Part shown: in pieces, positions 35,930 to 49,700 of the stretch
Layout: each line of letters opens with the position of its first letter
How positions within the stretch are numbered: the stretch's first letter is position 1
Position numbers and translations under genes: made by a program
The notes under the pieces: generated by a model
Database searches by the model: none
What the model saw: the letters and a program-made list of their open reading frames with translations, nothing else
What the model was told of the DNA's origin: nothing
Assembly (NCBI GenBank): GCA_002633005.1
Contig: NMRA01000200.1
Location: 530,527 to 594,526, forward strand
Reading direction: 5' to 3'
DNA: 64,000 nucleotides
Origin: Phoronis australis
Taxonomy: Eukaryota; Animalia; Phoronida

Positions 35930-38900
35930 GTTACTGACTTGTTAACAAACATCAAGGAAGACCGAACTTATCACAACCGAGGTAAAATATTTACTGACTC
36001 AACAGCTCACTCAGTCAGACTATATGAAAAAAATGGTGGAAAATTCTTAACCCCTAAATGTCACTTCTGGAGTAAGGCACAACTAATTAATAAAACTACG
36101 GGAAGCCGTTATTAACAAAAAATTATGTCTGGGATAATCAATGGACTGTATTTTTACTAAAAGTGAGATGCAAAAAGATTGCCTTATCCTTTGATTTTAC
36201 TAATTCCACAGGGTTTTTTTAATTGATGACCTGAGTAGTATATAACTTCCCAGTAGAGTAGAAGTGTCAATATATCAAGCTTTAGTATCAAACTGAGTCT
36301 TAACCTTTTACACTTTACAGTGTTGCCTCCTTGGTTACTTGGGTCACAAGTTTTGCTTTACCAGGTAAATTCATTTTAATTTGTTCACATGTCACAGATT
36401 TCCTGTTTTGAAATCCTCCTGAAACTCTAAATGTCTGTACTTTATGCTTATCTTTTGGAAACATCACTTTATGACAAATGTATTCACCATTCCTGCATTG
36501 CTTGATATAAAGGCAAGAGTTGAATCATTATATGGATCAGATACTGTTTTTAGTTGCCTGGTGCATTCTAGTGTTCATAACGCTGTTGAAATAGTTCAGA
36601 ATAAACAATCATATATGTAGCCCTTTTGTCTGTTTTCTTTTATAAGAGACATACTAGCTGTCCTACATCTATATTTTTTAAGAAAACATCCTTGTTTCTG
36701 TCTTGGAAAACATGGAGTAATTTATGTGTGAATAAACAAACACAGCTTCAAATTGTTAAGAAAATTGCAAAATCAGTGAACCTATTACAAACAAGACTTC
36801 AAGAATCAATTATCACTTCCCATATTCACCTCACAGGGCTGACACTTGAGGAAGTATGGCTCGTTGCCAAGTGAGGGGCTGCGTGCACTTTATTGTCAAA
36901 TGCACCTGGTGCTATGAATCTTTTATTATATGTACGATAAGCTCTCTTTATGTAAATTTGTTAAATCATGTTCCAGAACTGACAGTATACTAATTTGATG
37001 AGACTGCCTTTTTGTTTTTTTTTTCTACCTGCTCTCACTCTTTGTTTTTTTTTTCTACCTTCTCTCACACCTTTGACATATAAGTATGTGGATAGGTAGG
37101 ATAGGTAAAGTACATTACTCTATGTGATACCTGCATAATTTGAAATAGTAATGTAAGCAGCAATGACTAGGGGGTTTGACAGTTTTAATTTATCATTGAT
37201 TTCTAAAAAATTTACATGTGTTTTTTGGTCTTTGTCTACTGCAAAAAATGCAGGGGTCTTCGAATGAGTTTGTTACATACACCTAAACAAAAGCACCTCT
37301 GACGTTGTCTGAAAGTAACTATTGAATGGAACTTGAAAATGATAAAACATTTTTGGTGCAACTTACATGAAAAAAATGGAAAAGTATAATTTCACTTGTC
37401 TACCACATTGTGTCCTTTAATACCATAATCTCAAAATGGGTTGAGTAAATTTAAATGCGTGTTCTGGAGATCAAGTGCCATGTTAGTTTAAGCCAAATGC
37501 CTAAAATACCAGCCAATCAGAGTGGACAAGAGGATTATTGATTATTTTGAAGTGTACAAAGTCGAGGATTTAAAACGAATTTGGAATGAAATTAACAGGA
37601 AGTGTGATAATGATGATTCTCACAGTGGACCCCTTAAAGTTTGACAGTATTGCCTAAACAATTCAATAAATTCCTGTAACAGGTTTGCATGTCAAAATTG
37701 TTGTGTAAGCTCGTCTTTACAGTAAAAGCCATAAGTATTCAAACAAAATGACTTGAGAATTGCCCTTATAACGGCTGAGGTGAATCTGGATTCATTAATA
37801 GAGCATTCTTCCCTCGTAACTGAGAATGAAGGAAAATTAATGAGAAAGTTAGGGTGACTACATTCTGCAATTTGACATTTGACCCATAACAATTATAAAC
37901 AGACATCTCTTATGGTAAAAGAATTCGCTGACATGTCGAGGGGGGAGGGAGGCGGAAAGCGTATTTTGTCTGATTACCTGATTACTTTTGTGTTGTAAGG
38001 AAACTTACAAATACTGAATGACCTTGTGCTGAGCCACACTAGTCTGTGAAATGATTTATTACATGCTACTAAAATTTTCAAAACTTTGTGTTAGAGAGTG
38101 TTGTAATTCACTAAGCAACAGTAAAACTTTAATAGCAATGTTGAACCAAGTTGATATAAAATAGTGATTTGCAAGGCAGCTACTGACGCTCGGCATTGTT
38201 GGTAAATTCCGCAGTCACAGTGAGCGCTGTCGTATGAAAGTTTCTGTTGGAGGCTCTACTTACGAATGTTGTCCAGAGAAAAATATTTGAGCGCTGTTTG
38301 TAGTATTGTCCCCAATCAGCGTGGATGTAGGGTGTTTTGTTGATATAATCGTTGACCTCCACCTACACATAAGAAGGTGTGACCTATTTTATGGTTACCG
38401 TGCTATTCAAGTTCTGTATGCTCAACAACTGTGAGGTTCAGTCATGGTGATATATGATAGTGGGACATAAGGTAGGAAAACATTTCGGCAGGAAATGCTC
38501 ATTTAATATTCATTCACTAACTTTGGTTGGTCTTGGACTTGAAATCTGATCAAATTAAGGAATTGCTGAACCACACAGCATAGTCTTTGATTTATTTCAG
38601 TTCACACTTGGCAAGTATGGTTTCCTTGAAATCATAAGTGTGTAAGGGCTTACAGTCAAAGGGTTGTCTTAGCCACTATCCTCAATCTACAAATAATCCC
38701 AGGTTCCCCTTTGGCATATTAATTTTACCTAACCCTAATGCAAAGTATTGACCCTAGTTCAGACTACAAGCTGTGTGGATGAAAAAAACGTCAATTTGTT
38801 ATTCGAAGTTAAAGTTTCCCAAAAAAATGAGCCAACAATATGGCAAGTGTGCCACACCCCCTCCTGCCAAGCCATTTTAATTGCTTACTATAAGTGGAAG

Positions 38901-40464
38901 TTTTCGGAGATGAGTACGGCAATTCAAAGTTTTGACTTTTAAGCTTACTTTGCTAAAATCTCTTCATGTTCTTTCCATTTAGTTTTGATTTCCAGATCAT
39001 ACTTAAAAGTACATGGCAACATGATTCTATTGTGATTCTATTGTAATATTGAACTTTGATAACAAATTGTTGAATATGTGATGTCATACTCTTGAAGATT
39101 AATACTTTTCTTTCTGAAACAGCACATTTTTAAATGAAGCCTACAATTTAATAGAAGGGTCGAAATGCCTTTTGGTTGAAATTAAATAATTGAGGCACCA
39201 TGCCTGTGTTTTCTGTCAAAATGAGTTTTATATGGGCTAGTTGCCATTAAAAACCTGGTCTTATCTTGTCCTTACTCAGTTTAGAAGTTATCTTTAAGCT
39301 TTTGATGAACCGAAACAATGGTCATAAATTTTCATGTACCTGGCCTCGAGCAAATAATTGTTTTTTTGACTAAGGAACAATTTGAGATCAATTTTATAAT
39401 GATAAATTGCCTAAATAAAACTTCTTTTATAAAACACGGATTTAATACTGTTTTGAATTATAAAATTGTGAAAACTTCACCTTTTTGGCATGTCTGTATC
39501 CCAAATAAGAATAGAATTGTACTATAAATTAATGGATCTTCACCACATTTAGACTCATTTGTGTTCAATCTATTGGTATGTGCTTGATGAATGTCATGAA
39601 ATCTTGAAAGTGCATTTTCTAATAAATTCTACTTGATCTGGTGTCTGACTACTAAAACATCCCATCACAATGTGAGTCCTTAATGGTAGATAGTGATCAC
39701 AGTGTCCATGGGGACCAGTTGGGCTGATGCATCTTGTCTATTGTACATATGGCCTACTGTCATGCTTGTTCTCTCAAGGGGAACAGATCAATAGACAACA
39801 CTAGGTGATGGTTGAATATGTTAGTGTCTCCTAGCCAAGTGAATGTTATGCTTTCATGCCTTCATTGTGTCCAATTTACCACTTAGAGTAGTACCACAAT
39901 AGGTTTGTTATGGATGTGGACATGGTGATCTGTCGCACTCTGTTGAAACTCTCATCAATAGATTTATTACTATTCCACAACATGAATACTATTCATATTT
40001 GAGGTAACTGCCAAATTTCATGGAATTACGAAATGTATTATTCACATTTGCTACCTTTGGATTTTTTAAAAATAGTTTATTATTTAAATGGTAAATATGC
40101 GAGTTACATGAGGCAACTTTTTTCAAAACATTCAAAACACCAATTGCACAACAAAATAACCCAGTCATTAGCTGGTAAACTTTCTTTCACTGTCGCCAAT
40201 ATGCCACAATGTATTTGAGTACGTGGTTTAAGGCACTTATTGCATTGTTTCCTAATGTACCTGGAATACATTTTCATTTGTTGTAATCCCAACCTGTCGT
40301 GTACATGCCCGTGTTCAAGCCAGTCAATACTAATGTTAATTGTCTTGCTTTGATAAGCTCATATAATTGATATGTGCAGGTGCAATTATGAGCAGAACCT
40401 GCTGTGCGATTCTCTATGTTATAATTCTACATTTGTAGCCTTGATCGGTCTTATTGTTTCAGGT

Positions 40465-40757
40465 ATGGTGGAGTCACCAGTGCTGTTTCTTTCTGTGCTA
40501 TCCACTGTGGGGTCTGTGACTGGGCTCATTTTTATGGTAGTGGCTTGTGCCTGGTGCCTTAGATGGCTGGGGCTAAAAAAACCAATCAACGAAACTGGTG
40601 GACAATATGACTATAAAGCTGTGGACACTCAAGAGAAAGGGGAAGAGACGGAGCAAGGAGATGTGCGATCGTTAAAGAAACACTCATGGAGGGACCGCCT
40701 CCAGGAAAAAGGAGTTACTGGAAAGGGAAATCCTGCCATTACTCGCAAGACTATCAA
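40465..40757 (+). CDS. SYT7: SYT7 transmembrane exon
   Basis: Acceptor tttcag ends at 40462, ATG at 40465, hydrophobic [26 protein letters not shown], donor gtaaaa in phase 2 matching the next exon. Confidence 0.8.
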
Positions 40758-43700
40758 GTAAAATTTGTTGTTATTTGATCACGTAATTTTTTTTGACATA
40801 CGCATTAGCTAGTATTTGTGGATATGACACATATTTTCCCATTTTCTCCATCTTGGAACTTTTTGAAAATTTGCAGTCTTGTATAATGAACAGCCCCCAC
40901 CAGTTTCTGCACTAATATGATAAGGAAAGCTCTATAGTGGCATTGTTATTTTGTCTCCTACCTTTATGGAAATGAAATTTTGAAATTTATCATAAACAAT
41001 TCATGGCAAAAGTATTCAGACAAAATGACTTGTAATTCCTTGTCAGACACTTTGATGGGAGTCCAATTCATCATCCAAGTAGCCTTCCCTTGTGACCAAG
41101 AATGAAGAAGAATTAACAGTAGGGTAAAATCTCACCAATTTCGAACAAAAATAATTGCCAAAACTGTGCTTTGTTTATTGTTCAAAAGACTCAAAGGTTG
41201 TTGTGTATCCCCATAAATATGGTGGTTAGCTGTGATGCAGAGTTTGGACATGGAAAAACATTAATTTGGTACGACTCACCTTTTAAGAAAACATGAAATT
41301 TCACTTGTCTGCCATATTGTGTTGTAAATTGATGTGGTTTTACTGTAAGGTAGCTAAGCCATTCTGTAACTAGAATTGTGTTGCTTAATAGTCATTACCA
41401 GCCATTTTGCTGATAACAAAATTAGCCGTCATGACAGGGAAATGATATTTTATTCGATTACTTTTGTCTTGTACTGATATTACTGCCAGGTTCCCCATGA
41501 CAAATTTTATTATTGTTGTGTCCGTTTTGGTAGCAGTTCATTATCACCATGTTCATTTTGGTACCGGTTTCGTATGGCCATGTCCGTTTTGGTACCAATT
41601 GATTATCGCCATGTCCGTTTTGGTACCAGTTGATTATCGCCATGTCCGTTTTGGTACCATTTTATTGTTGTCATGTCCGTTTTGGTACCAGTTCATTATC
41701 ACCATGTCCGTTTTGGTACCAGTTTCGTATGGCCATGTCCGTTTTGGTACCAGTTGATTATCGCCATGTCCATTTTGGTACCATTTTATTGTTGTCATGT
41801 CCGTTTTGGTACCAGTTTATTATCGTCATGTCCATTTTGGTACCAGTTTATTATTGTCATGTCCGTTTTGGTAGCAGTTTGTTATTGCCATGTCTGTTTT
41901 GGTACCAGTTTATAATGGTCATGTCGGTTTTGGTACCAGTTCATTATCGCCATGTCCGTTTTGGTACCAGTTGATTATCGCCATGTCCATTTTGGTACCA
42001 GTTCATTATCACCATGTCCATTTTGGTACCAGTTTAGTATGGCCATGTCCGCATTAGTACCTGTTTATTGTTGTCATGCCGTTTTGGTTGCAGTTTGTTA
42101 TTGCCAAGTCCGTTTTGGTAGCAGTTTGTTATTGCCATGTCCGTTTTGGTTCCAGTTTATAATTGTCATGTCCCTTTTGGTACCAGTTCATTATCGCCAT
42201 GTCCGTTTTGGTTCCAGTTTATAATCGTCATGTCCCTTTTGGTACCAGTTCATTATCGCCATGTTCGTTTTGGTACCAGTTTATTATCGTCATGTCCGTT
42301 TTTTACCAGTTTATTATCGTCATGTCCGTTTTGGTAGCAGTTTGTTATTGCCATGTCCGTTTTGGAACAAGTTGATTATCGCCATGTCCGTTTTGGTACC
42401 AGTTTATTATCGTCATGTCCATTTTGGTAGCAGTTTGTTATTGCCATGTCCGTTTTGGTACCTGTTTATAATCGTCATGTCCCTTTTGGTACCAGTTCAT
42501 TATCGCCATGTCCGTTTTGGTACCAGTTGATTATCGCCATGTCTGTTTTGATACCAGTTTGTTATCACCATGTCCGTTTTGGTACCAGTTTGTTATCACC
42601 ATGTCCGTTTTGGTACCAGTTTCTCTAGTTGGGGAAACTTCTGGAACGATAACCATCAAAATTGGCAGATGTTGTTTAATTAGATGATCATAGCTGATAT
42701 TGATTTTCAGGCAGATTCAAGTACTAGTGCGACCCATCTTGACAATTTTACTGTTCTTTCCTGTACTAACATTTAAAATTCCTGTTTTGCAAACTCATTG
42801 CAATTTAACATTCAACCATGTGTAAAATGAAAATCAATCCCAGTTGTAAGTAATCAATCCTATATCATAGATTCTATAATGTTTGAAAGATCCAGTGTTT
42901 TAACAGTTGTGTATTGTCTATATGACTCAGTCAACAATCCGTTGTCACTGATTCAGTCAGCACTCGCACATCTGATGTTTTGGATTAAATCGCGCAGTTT
43001 CCTATCGAACTGCTAATAGCTCTGATCCTGTGTTATTTACCCTCACCAGTAAGGCACTCATACTCTACATTGTCACTTAAAGCTGCTTTTCAACCTGTTT
43101 TTCTGGCTAAAAAACGAAAACCGAATTAAGCAATTTAATCTATTTTCATTTACCAACAAAAACATTGAAACCATGAGTGACTCACAAAACACTTCAGGTT
43201 TTACTGGGGTTGGCCGACCCTAATATTGTGAATTTGAAAATGGCACGTGTACAGACTGCCTGCGTCTTGAATCGGTAGTGGATAATGGAATCCTGTTATG
43301 ATGAAAAACATGAGACTGGTTTTATTAGAGGAAACGACCAAAGTTGAAATGCAGCTTTAAAGGCAAAATCACTTCTAGTACTCATAAAGGCTGTAAATGT
43401 TGCGAAGTGCTAAGTGTTGTTTTATGACATCTTGCACATCACAAATCAAGCTAACTATAAACTTAAATTTTCTTTTTTATTTTTATTTTTATTGAAAAAC
43501 TTTTCAAAGTATAATCTCACTTATTATGGTCCATTATGTTTGCTTACTAGTTGAAAAGTTCTCATACTTTCATGTTTTCAGGTCTGTAATTGACATTGGC
43601 AGTTACCTTACAGTGCTGTATCAAGTCATGCCTTCATACCAAGATATACAGATGAGTTGCTGTTATTCGGTACTGCTTACATCTCTATGTTCAAATCTTG

Positions 43701-46700
43701 GCAACCACTTGCACCATTTGTTTATCTAGTAAATGACTGGTGTTTTCTTTCAGATTCCTCATGCCAAAAGAAAGAAAAATACTTGCTGAAAGTGTTCAGC
43801 CGCAAGATGGTAACTCAACAGTAGACAGGAAGTTAGGAACTGGTGTTGGTGCTGGAGTAAGTGTGAGACAGTGTTATCACTAGTTATAAACGTGGCACAC
43901 AAATGAATGCACAGTGCCAATACATGGACAAAAAGCATTCAGTACAGGCCAAACAAGTTCACATACAAAATGACCCAAAATTCCACATCATGATGGGTGG
44001 GTGGAAGTTAAATTCATTGTCAGAATGGTCTTTCCTTGTGAGGATGAAAGGGAATTAAAGGGAAAGATGATTGCGCCATTCTGTAATTAGAGTCTTGCTG
44101 TCGTAATATGTATTAATAGCCATTTTTGCTGTAAACAAAATTAACAGTCATGACGAGGGGGGAAACAGTATTTTATCTTATTAGCTTATCTTGTACTGTA
44201 GTTGGTTCTGGGTTTTTTGAAAATTTATGATGTGATATTCAAGATCCTCACTGTTTCAAAAGTCCACCCAAGATGAGGAAAAAGATGCATGGGTGGGGGG
44301 CTGATGGTACTCATGCGTACAACACAGTATTTATACAGTAATTATACCATGATGTTTAAAATCTTTCTTGGGTTTGTCGGGCTTCTCAAATAAGTGAGAT
44401 GTGGCTGAAATGGATGCAGGTGGGCCCATAATGAGGTGCAGGTGGGCCCATAATGAGGTGCAGGTGGGCCCATAAAGTAATGAGGTGCAAGTTTCAAAAG
44501 GAGTGCAGATCAGAATACTTTTTGACCTCTTAAATGTTAAGACTTGCTCACAGTTTGTTCTCAAAAACTTTAAATACGAACGTCTTGACAAACTACTGCC
44601 ATTGCTAGAGTACTTAAAATCCAAGACACTCTATATAGATTTATCTTAGCCTGTTTACACTTGTGAATTCCCAAATTGAACTAATTAGGGCGTAGCTGTT
44701 ATGTGTATACAAAAATCAATAAAAATATGTCCAATGTTGCTGGGGGACATTCAATTAATCTTATTCTAGGTGGGTAAAATGTTGCGGTTTGTAACCCTTA
44801 TTTAATTATGTAGTATTATAAAGGATATATTAATCAGAATTTTTGCTTGATAAAACAAAACAAATGTAGAACTTTTTGTAATGTGTAGATACTTCTATAT
44901 GAAATGAAGTCACACTGTGTCCTACAGTGGACTAGCTAACATTCAAAGACGGAAAATGTCGGACATGGAATATGTTCTGTAAAATTTTAACCAATTTCTT
45001 TTCCGTTGACCTTTTGAATGAAGTTAGCAGGTGCACCAAAAATATCATAATATACAATGTCATAGTTTTTATGCTGTCATCCCTGTCTGTCCGTCGCCCG
45101 TCCATCCGGCGTCCATTCAGCATCTGGCGTCTGCTGCTCTATCTCTAAAACCCTTTGATGTATGTGCATGAAATTTGGCACGTGTTCCTTTCATGGATGG
45201 AATGGCATGAGTGAATTTTCAGACGGATCCGACTACCAGTGTGTCCCCTAGTGGCAATTTTAGTTTTTTACATTTACCTCTGTATCTTCAAAGGTCCTCC
45301 ATGGAGTTTATAAAATTAGGCAAATAGGCATCTATTTGTGAGTTGATGCTACCCTCCCGTTCTCGGATAGATTCGAGGTAGGTTGTGTCACTTAGTGGCC
45401 ATTTTTTGCTGTTTTCAAGTCTGTTTTTGGCATCCGCTCCTCTGCCAACCAAACTTCTGTAAGGATGATTGTGTAAATTGTCTAACTGTAAAGAGGACAG
45501 CTGATGATGGTTTTCCGACAACTTTGACTACTGTGGTGCCTCCTTGTGGCAGTTTTGTGTTTTTGTATCTATGGCTGTATAAACCCTGTGCAGGATCTTT
45601 ATTAAAGTTGACATAACTTCATTAGGTAGTCCTCTGTCATTGCTACCATGTTTCCTTGCATTGAGAAAATCTCACCGACGAGTATATTCACATTATTAGG
45701 ATTAGACCTAACAAATCTTTGGCCAACGAAGAACAGTCTTCTATTTGTAAATTATTGTCAATTGTGCACAACCTCGCAGACTTCATGCGAGTAACGAATT
45801 TGATCGAAGAGATTTCCAAGATTGCACATCTCTACTGCTAAGGTGCACTAGTGCGAATCCATGCTCACAAGTCTGACAGTTATGTCTGCTAATGAGGCAG
45901 AACTGACATTCATAAACTACTGTATTTGACTGTGTCCATTTAGTAACCATTTAAAAGGTGTGCAAAGTGAATAGTTCTTAAATTTCTTAAATTATTGATT
46001 GCATTTTTTTGCAAATGAGCTCAGTTCCAATCATTCACAATCGCGACTCTTGAATCTTAAACGACTCATTTTCAAAACAGGGACAACATCGAGGCACAGG
46101 GGTATTTCATTTCAGTGTTGAGGCGACTTGCGAGTGGCTTTAGATTTGGGAAGACTGGATGCGACTCTCTGACTTGGTGAAAACTGGCAGTGCATTAATT
46201 TCCGATGCGGTGGGTGAGGTTGAAATACTGGGGATAAACTTCTCAGTCGGGCTGTGAAATGATGCGATCTTGATATATATTTTGTGAATGTATCATGGTT
46301 GATAATTCATCAATATACCTACTTCATATTCTTTTCAAAATGCAAGTAAGCATTTGACATTTTCCTGTATTCATAAAAAATGCTTTGGAGCCCACTTTCG
46401 TACGCGCACTAAACCCAAACAATTAAAGTTTAGTAATACTCTGGCGTTGTTCTCAATATCATTACAAGGAACGTAAATGCGTCTAAACCGAAATGTGTAT
46501 TTTTGCATATGGAAAAAAATTCATACATTTTCAGGGATAGTGAACCTTTGGAGTAATGCCTTCGAAGTAGTGAGCTGTTTTCATTTCCAACGCTATGAGC
46601 AACTTAAGCAACCTTTAGTTACAAAAAATTCTTCAATTCATTCTTTGACTAAATGTTTTCGTCTGAGCACGTGGTATAGTATAATCATTCATTTTTAAAA

Positions 46701-49700
46701 GCATGCATGGTTTGAAAGTTTGGCAGAGGGTAATGCTCAGTAATAAAAAGAACTTTGTGGACCACAATACACCCAAATTTGTGTCCCGAACTGTCATAGT
46801 ATCCTCATTTCTTGGATTAGATCTATGAATTCCGTCTTATCTCAGAAAACTGGAGCCCCCAAGAGTCTTCGTTGCGTATACGGATTTCTCTTCTGCCGGA
46901 TTTAGCTATGGAAAAAAATGGCTGATGTTTGCGAAATATGACCAAAAGGTCTATCGTTCGAACCATTCTACACAATGCTGGCTACGGGCCTGTACAGGTA
47001 GAGACAGAATGTTGAGGTACAAGTGTTACTTTTCTTGTCCAGGCTAATGAACAAGGCATTTGATTTGAGAATGAAACACTGAAGTGCAAGGGTGGATATT
47101 GGCCATATGCAAGCGATGGAATGTGGGTGGTCAAAAGTGAGATAGTGGAAATTTCTTGAGAGGGTATTTAGCCAAAAGAGGGCATGGACATGCACAAGAT
47201 TGTTTGTTAGAAGTACCTGTTTCCAAATAAAGGCCGTCGACCAGAATTTTTGGTAGTATAATTATGCAGACTTGCGGAATTAGTTGAAATTCTAATCAAT
47301 ATTTGGTTGTTCAGAAGTCACATGATCCCATTTGTATCTGCAGAATGCCGAGTCTGAGGAGCCAGTCAAGCTTCAAGGGATTATTGCAAGTTTAGGTCAG
47401 AGCCAACCTGAAGACATCGAGGGAGAAGACAGGCAGTTGGGCAGACTACAATTTAGTTTAGTTTATGATATACCCGAACAAACTCTGGTGGTTAGAGTAA
47501 GTTTCTTGTTTGTAGCATGCCAAATGATAAGATCATATTCAAAAGTTGTTTGCGAATTTTTGATTTTTTTGAAGCCTGATGACCAAAAAACAACCAATAC
47601 GTAATATACTCAATTGCCAACATGTCTGCATTTACAAAGATCATTTTAAGGTTGTATAGGAAGCCAAAGAGCTTATCAGCAAGTTTGTATTTTAAGCCAA
47701 ATATCTAATCTACAAAACTATAGATTTTAAATCAGTCAAAGTATATCTTTTCTGAAAGTAGATATCTTTTAAAATTTAATTACTGACTTAATATTATGGT
47801 TATGTAGGACCCTACAGAATTGTTCATATTTAGTTTGGTGCCTGGCCTGCCCTCTGGTGCTAATGTGGTGTTACAAAATTGTCTTATTTATTGCAGAATG
47901 CTTTGATTGTATTTCCATTGTGCCATATGAGCTAGTAATTAATTGATGCAATCTCTCAAATCATGTGCTGCTTGGTCAATGTGATATATTCTGTAGTTCT
48001 TAAATGGTGCCGAAATAACATTCTTGTCATTTCCTGTTTTTTACTAGTCTTCTGTGTTCTTAGATTACTGTTGATGTTTGCTATTGTTTTGTTTCTGATA
48101 GATAGTGAAAGCCAGAGATCTGACAGCCAAGGACTTCTCTGGCACCAGTGATCCATATGTTAGGGCAGTATTACTTCCTGACAAGAAACACAAGTTAGAG
48201 ACTAAGGTGAAGAAAAGGAATCTCAATCCTGTCTGGAACGAAGTTTTCTGTTTTGAAGGTCCGTTTCACAATTCATTGTCATGTTGAAAAGTCAGAATTA
48301 TAAAATCAAATAGTAAATTAAAATAGCTTTTTGAAACTGCACACTACTTGTGGACGTATCCTGGAGATCATGAAATACAGTAACTATGTTTAACAAAATG
48401 GTTTCAAAATGTTCTTTCATTGTCATAATAGCAGTTAGTATTCAGCATCAAAAACTTGAATATTATTCACCTGTGTATGATGTAATTAAATGCCCTGTTT
48501 TTGCAAGAATTTGGTAACCCTGTGCTGCTCGGCCTCAGTGATGCTAACCCACTTTACATGCAGTGTACATAAAACTTGTAATATACACTTGTCTTGTACT
48601 CTGAATTTAGCTGTTCTTTTGAGGTCAAACTGAAGTTGCATACATCAAACTCTTGTAAGTCAAGTTTGTACCGTTGAATCTTCCCATAAAAGTAATCGTT
48701 GTACTCCATTGGGTCCATGGTGTCACGTTGTGTAATAAGAAATGCTAACTCCACATATTAAAATAAAAAAAAAGATTTCCACCCCAAAACAGAAAAGTTT
48801 TCAAAAGATGGCGCTGCATGGATCTCTGTTAGGAGTTGACAAGTGACTTAAAATGTTCTCATCATTTGTGTGTCACACTTTTGCACTGATTTTAGAAAAA
48901 TATGACCGCTTTTGACAGATATTAGCAATGACTGTGCCTTCTCTTATAAAATGAAGTAATGCTCTGTAACCCTAGACATCTTTGAAAAATTTGGAATAAT
49001 GTTTGAAGAGTCCTTAAAAAGTCCACTACACTGCCAAGCATGACCTGCGCTTTTGCTGAATTTTCACAACTGCAGGGAAAGACCAGCCACTAAGAACCAT
49101 AATATCTATTCTTTGGCACTATGAGTTAGTGTGTTTTTATGCGCCCACATATTTATATGTGGACGCATTATGCCGTCATCTCTGTCCGTCCGTCCGTCCG
49201 TCCGTCCGTCCGGGCGGCGTCCGTCCGGCGTCTGGCGTCCGGCGTCCGCTGCTCTATCTCCAAAACCCTTTGACATACGTTCATGAAATTTGGCACATAT
49301 GTTCCATTCATGAATGGGACGGCATGTGCGAACTTTCGGACGGATCCGACTACCGGTGTGCCCCCTAGTGGCAATTTTAGTTTTTTACGCTTACCTTTGT
49401 ATCTTCAAAAGTCCTGAACGGATTTTCATGAAATTTGGTATGTAGGCACCTATTAGTGAGATGACGCTATCCTACTGTTTTCAGATGGATTCGACGTAGT
49501 TTGCGCCACCTAGTGGCCATTTTTACTGTTTTCGAGTCTGTATTTTTGCGTCCACCCCTCTATCAACCAAACCGCTCAAAGGATGATTGTGAAAATTGGC
49601 GTGTATGTGCTTACTATAAGGAAGACAGCTGACAATGATTTTCAGACGATTTGGACTACTGTGGCGCCTCCTAGTGGCAGTTTTGTTTTTTTGCGCCCAT

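Noticed and set aside
41517-42622. CRISPR array, or a Cys/Trp-rich repeat protein suggested by the many ORFs
   Set aside because: The variable parts are only 11-13 nt and recur, so they are not unique spacers; no cas genes; eukaryotic intron. The ORFs are a by-product of the 31-bp periodicity.
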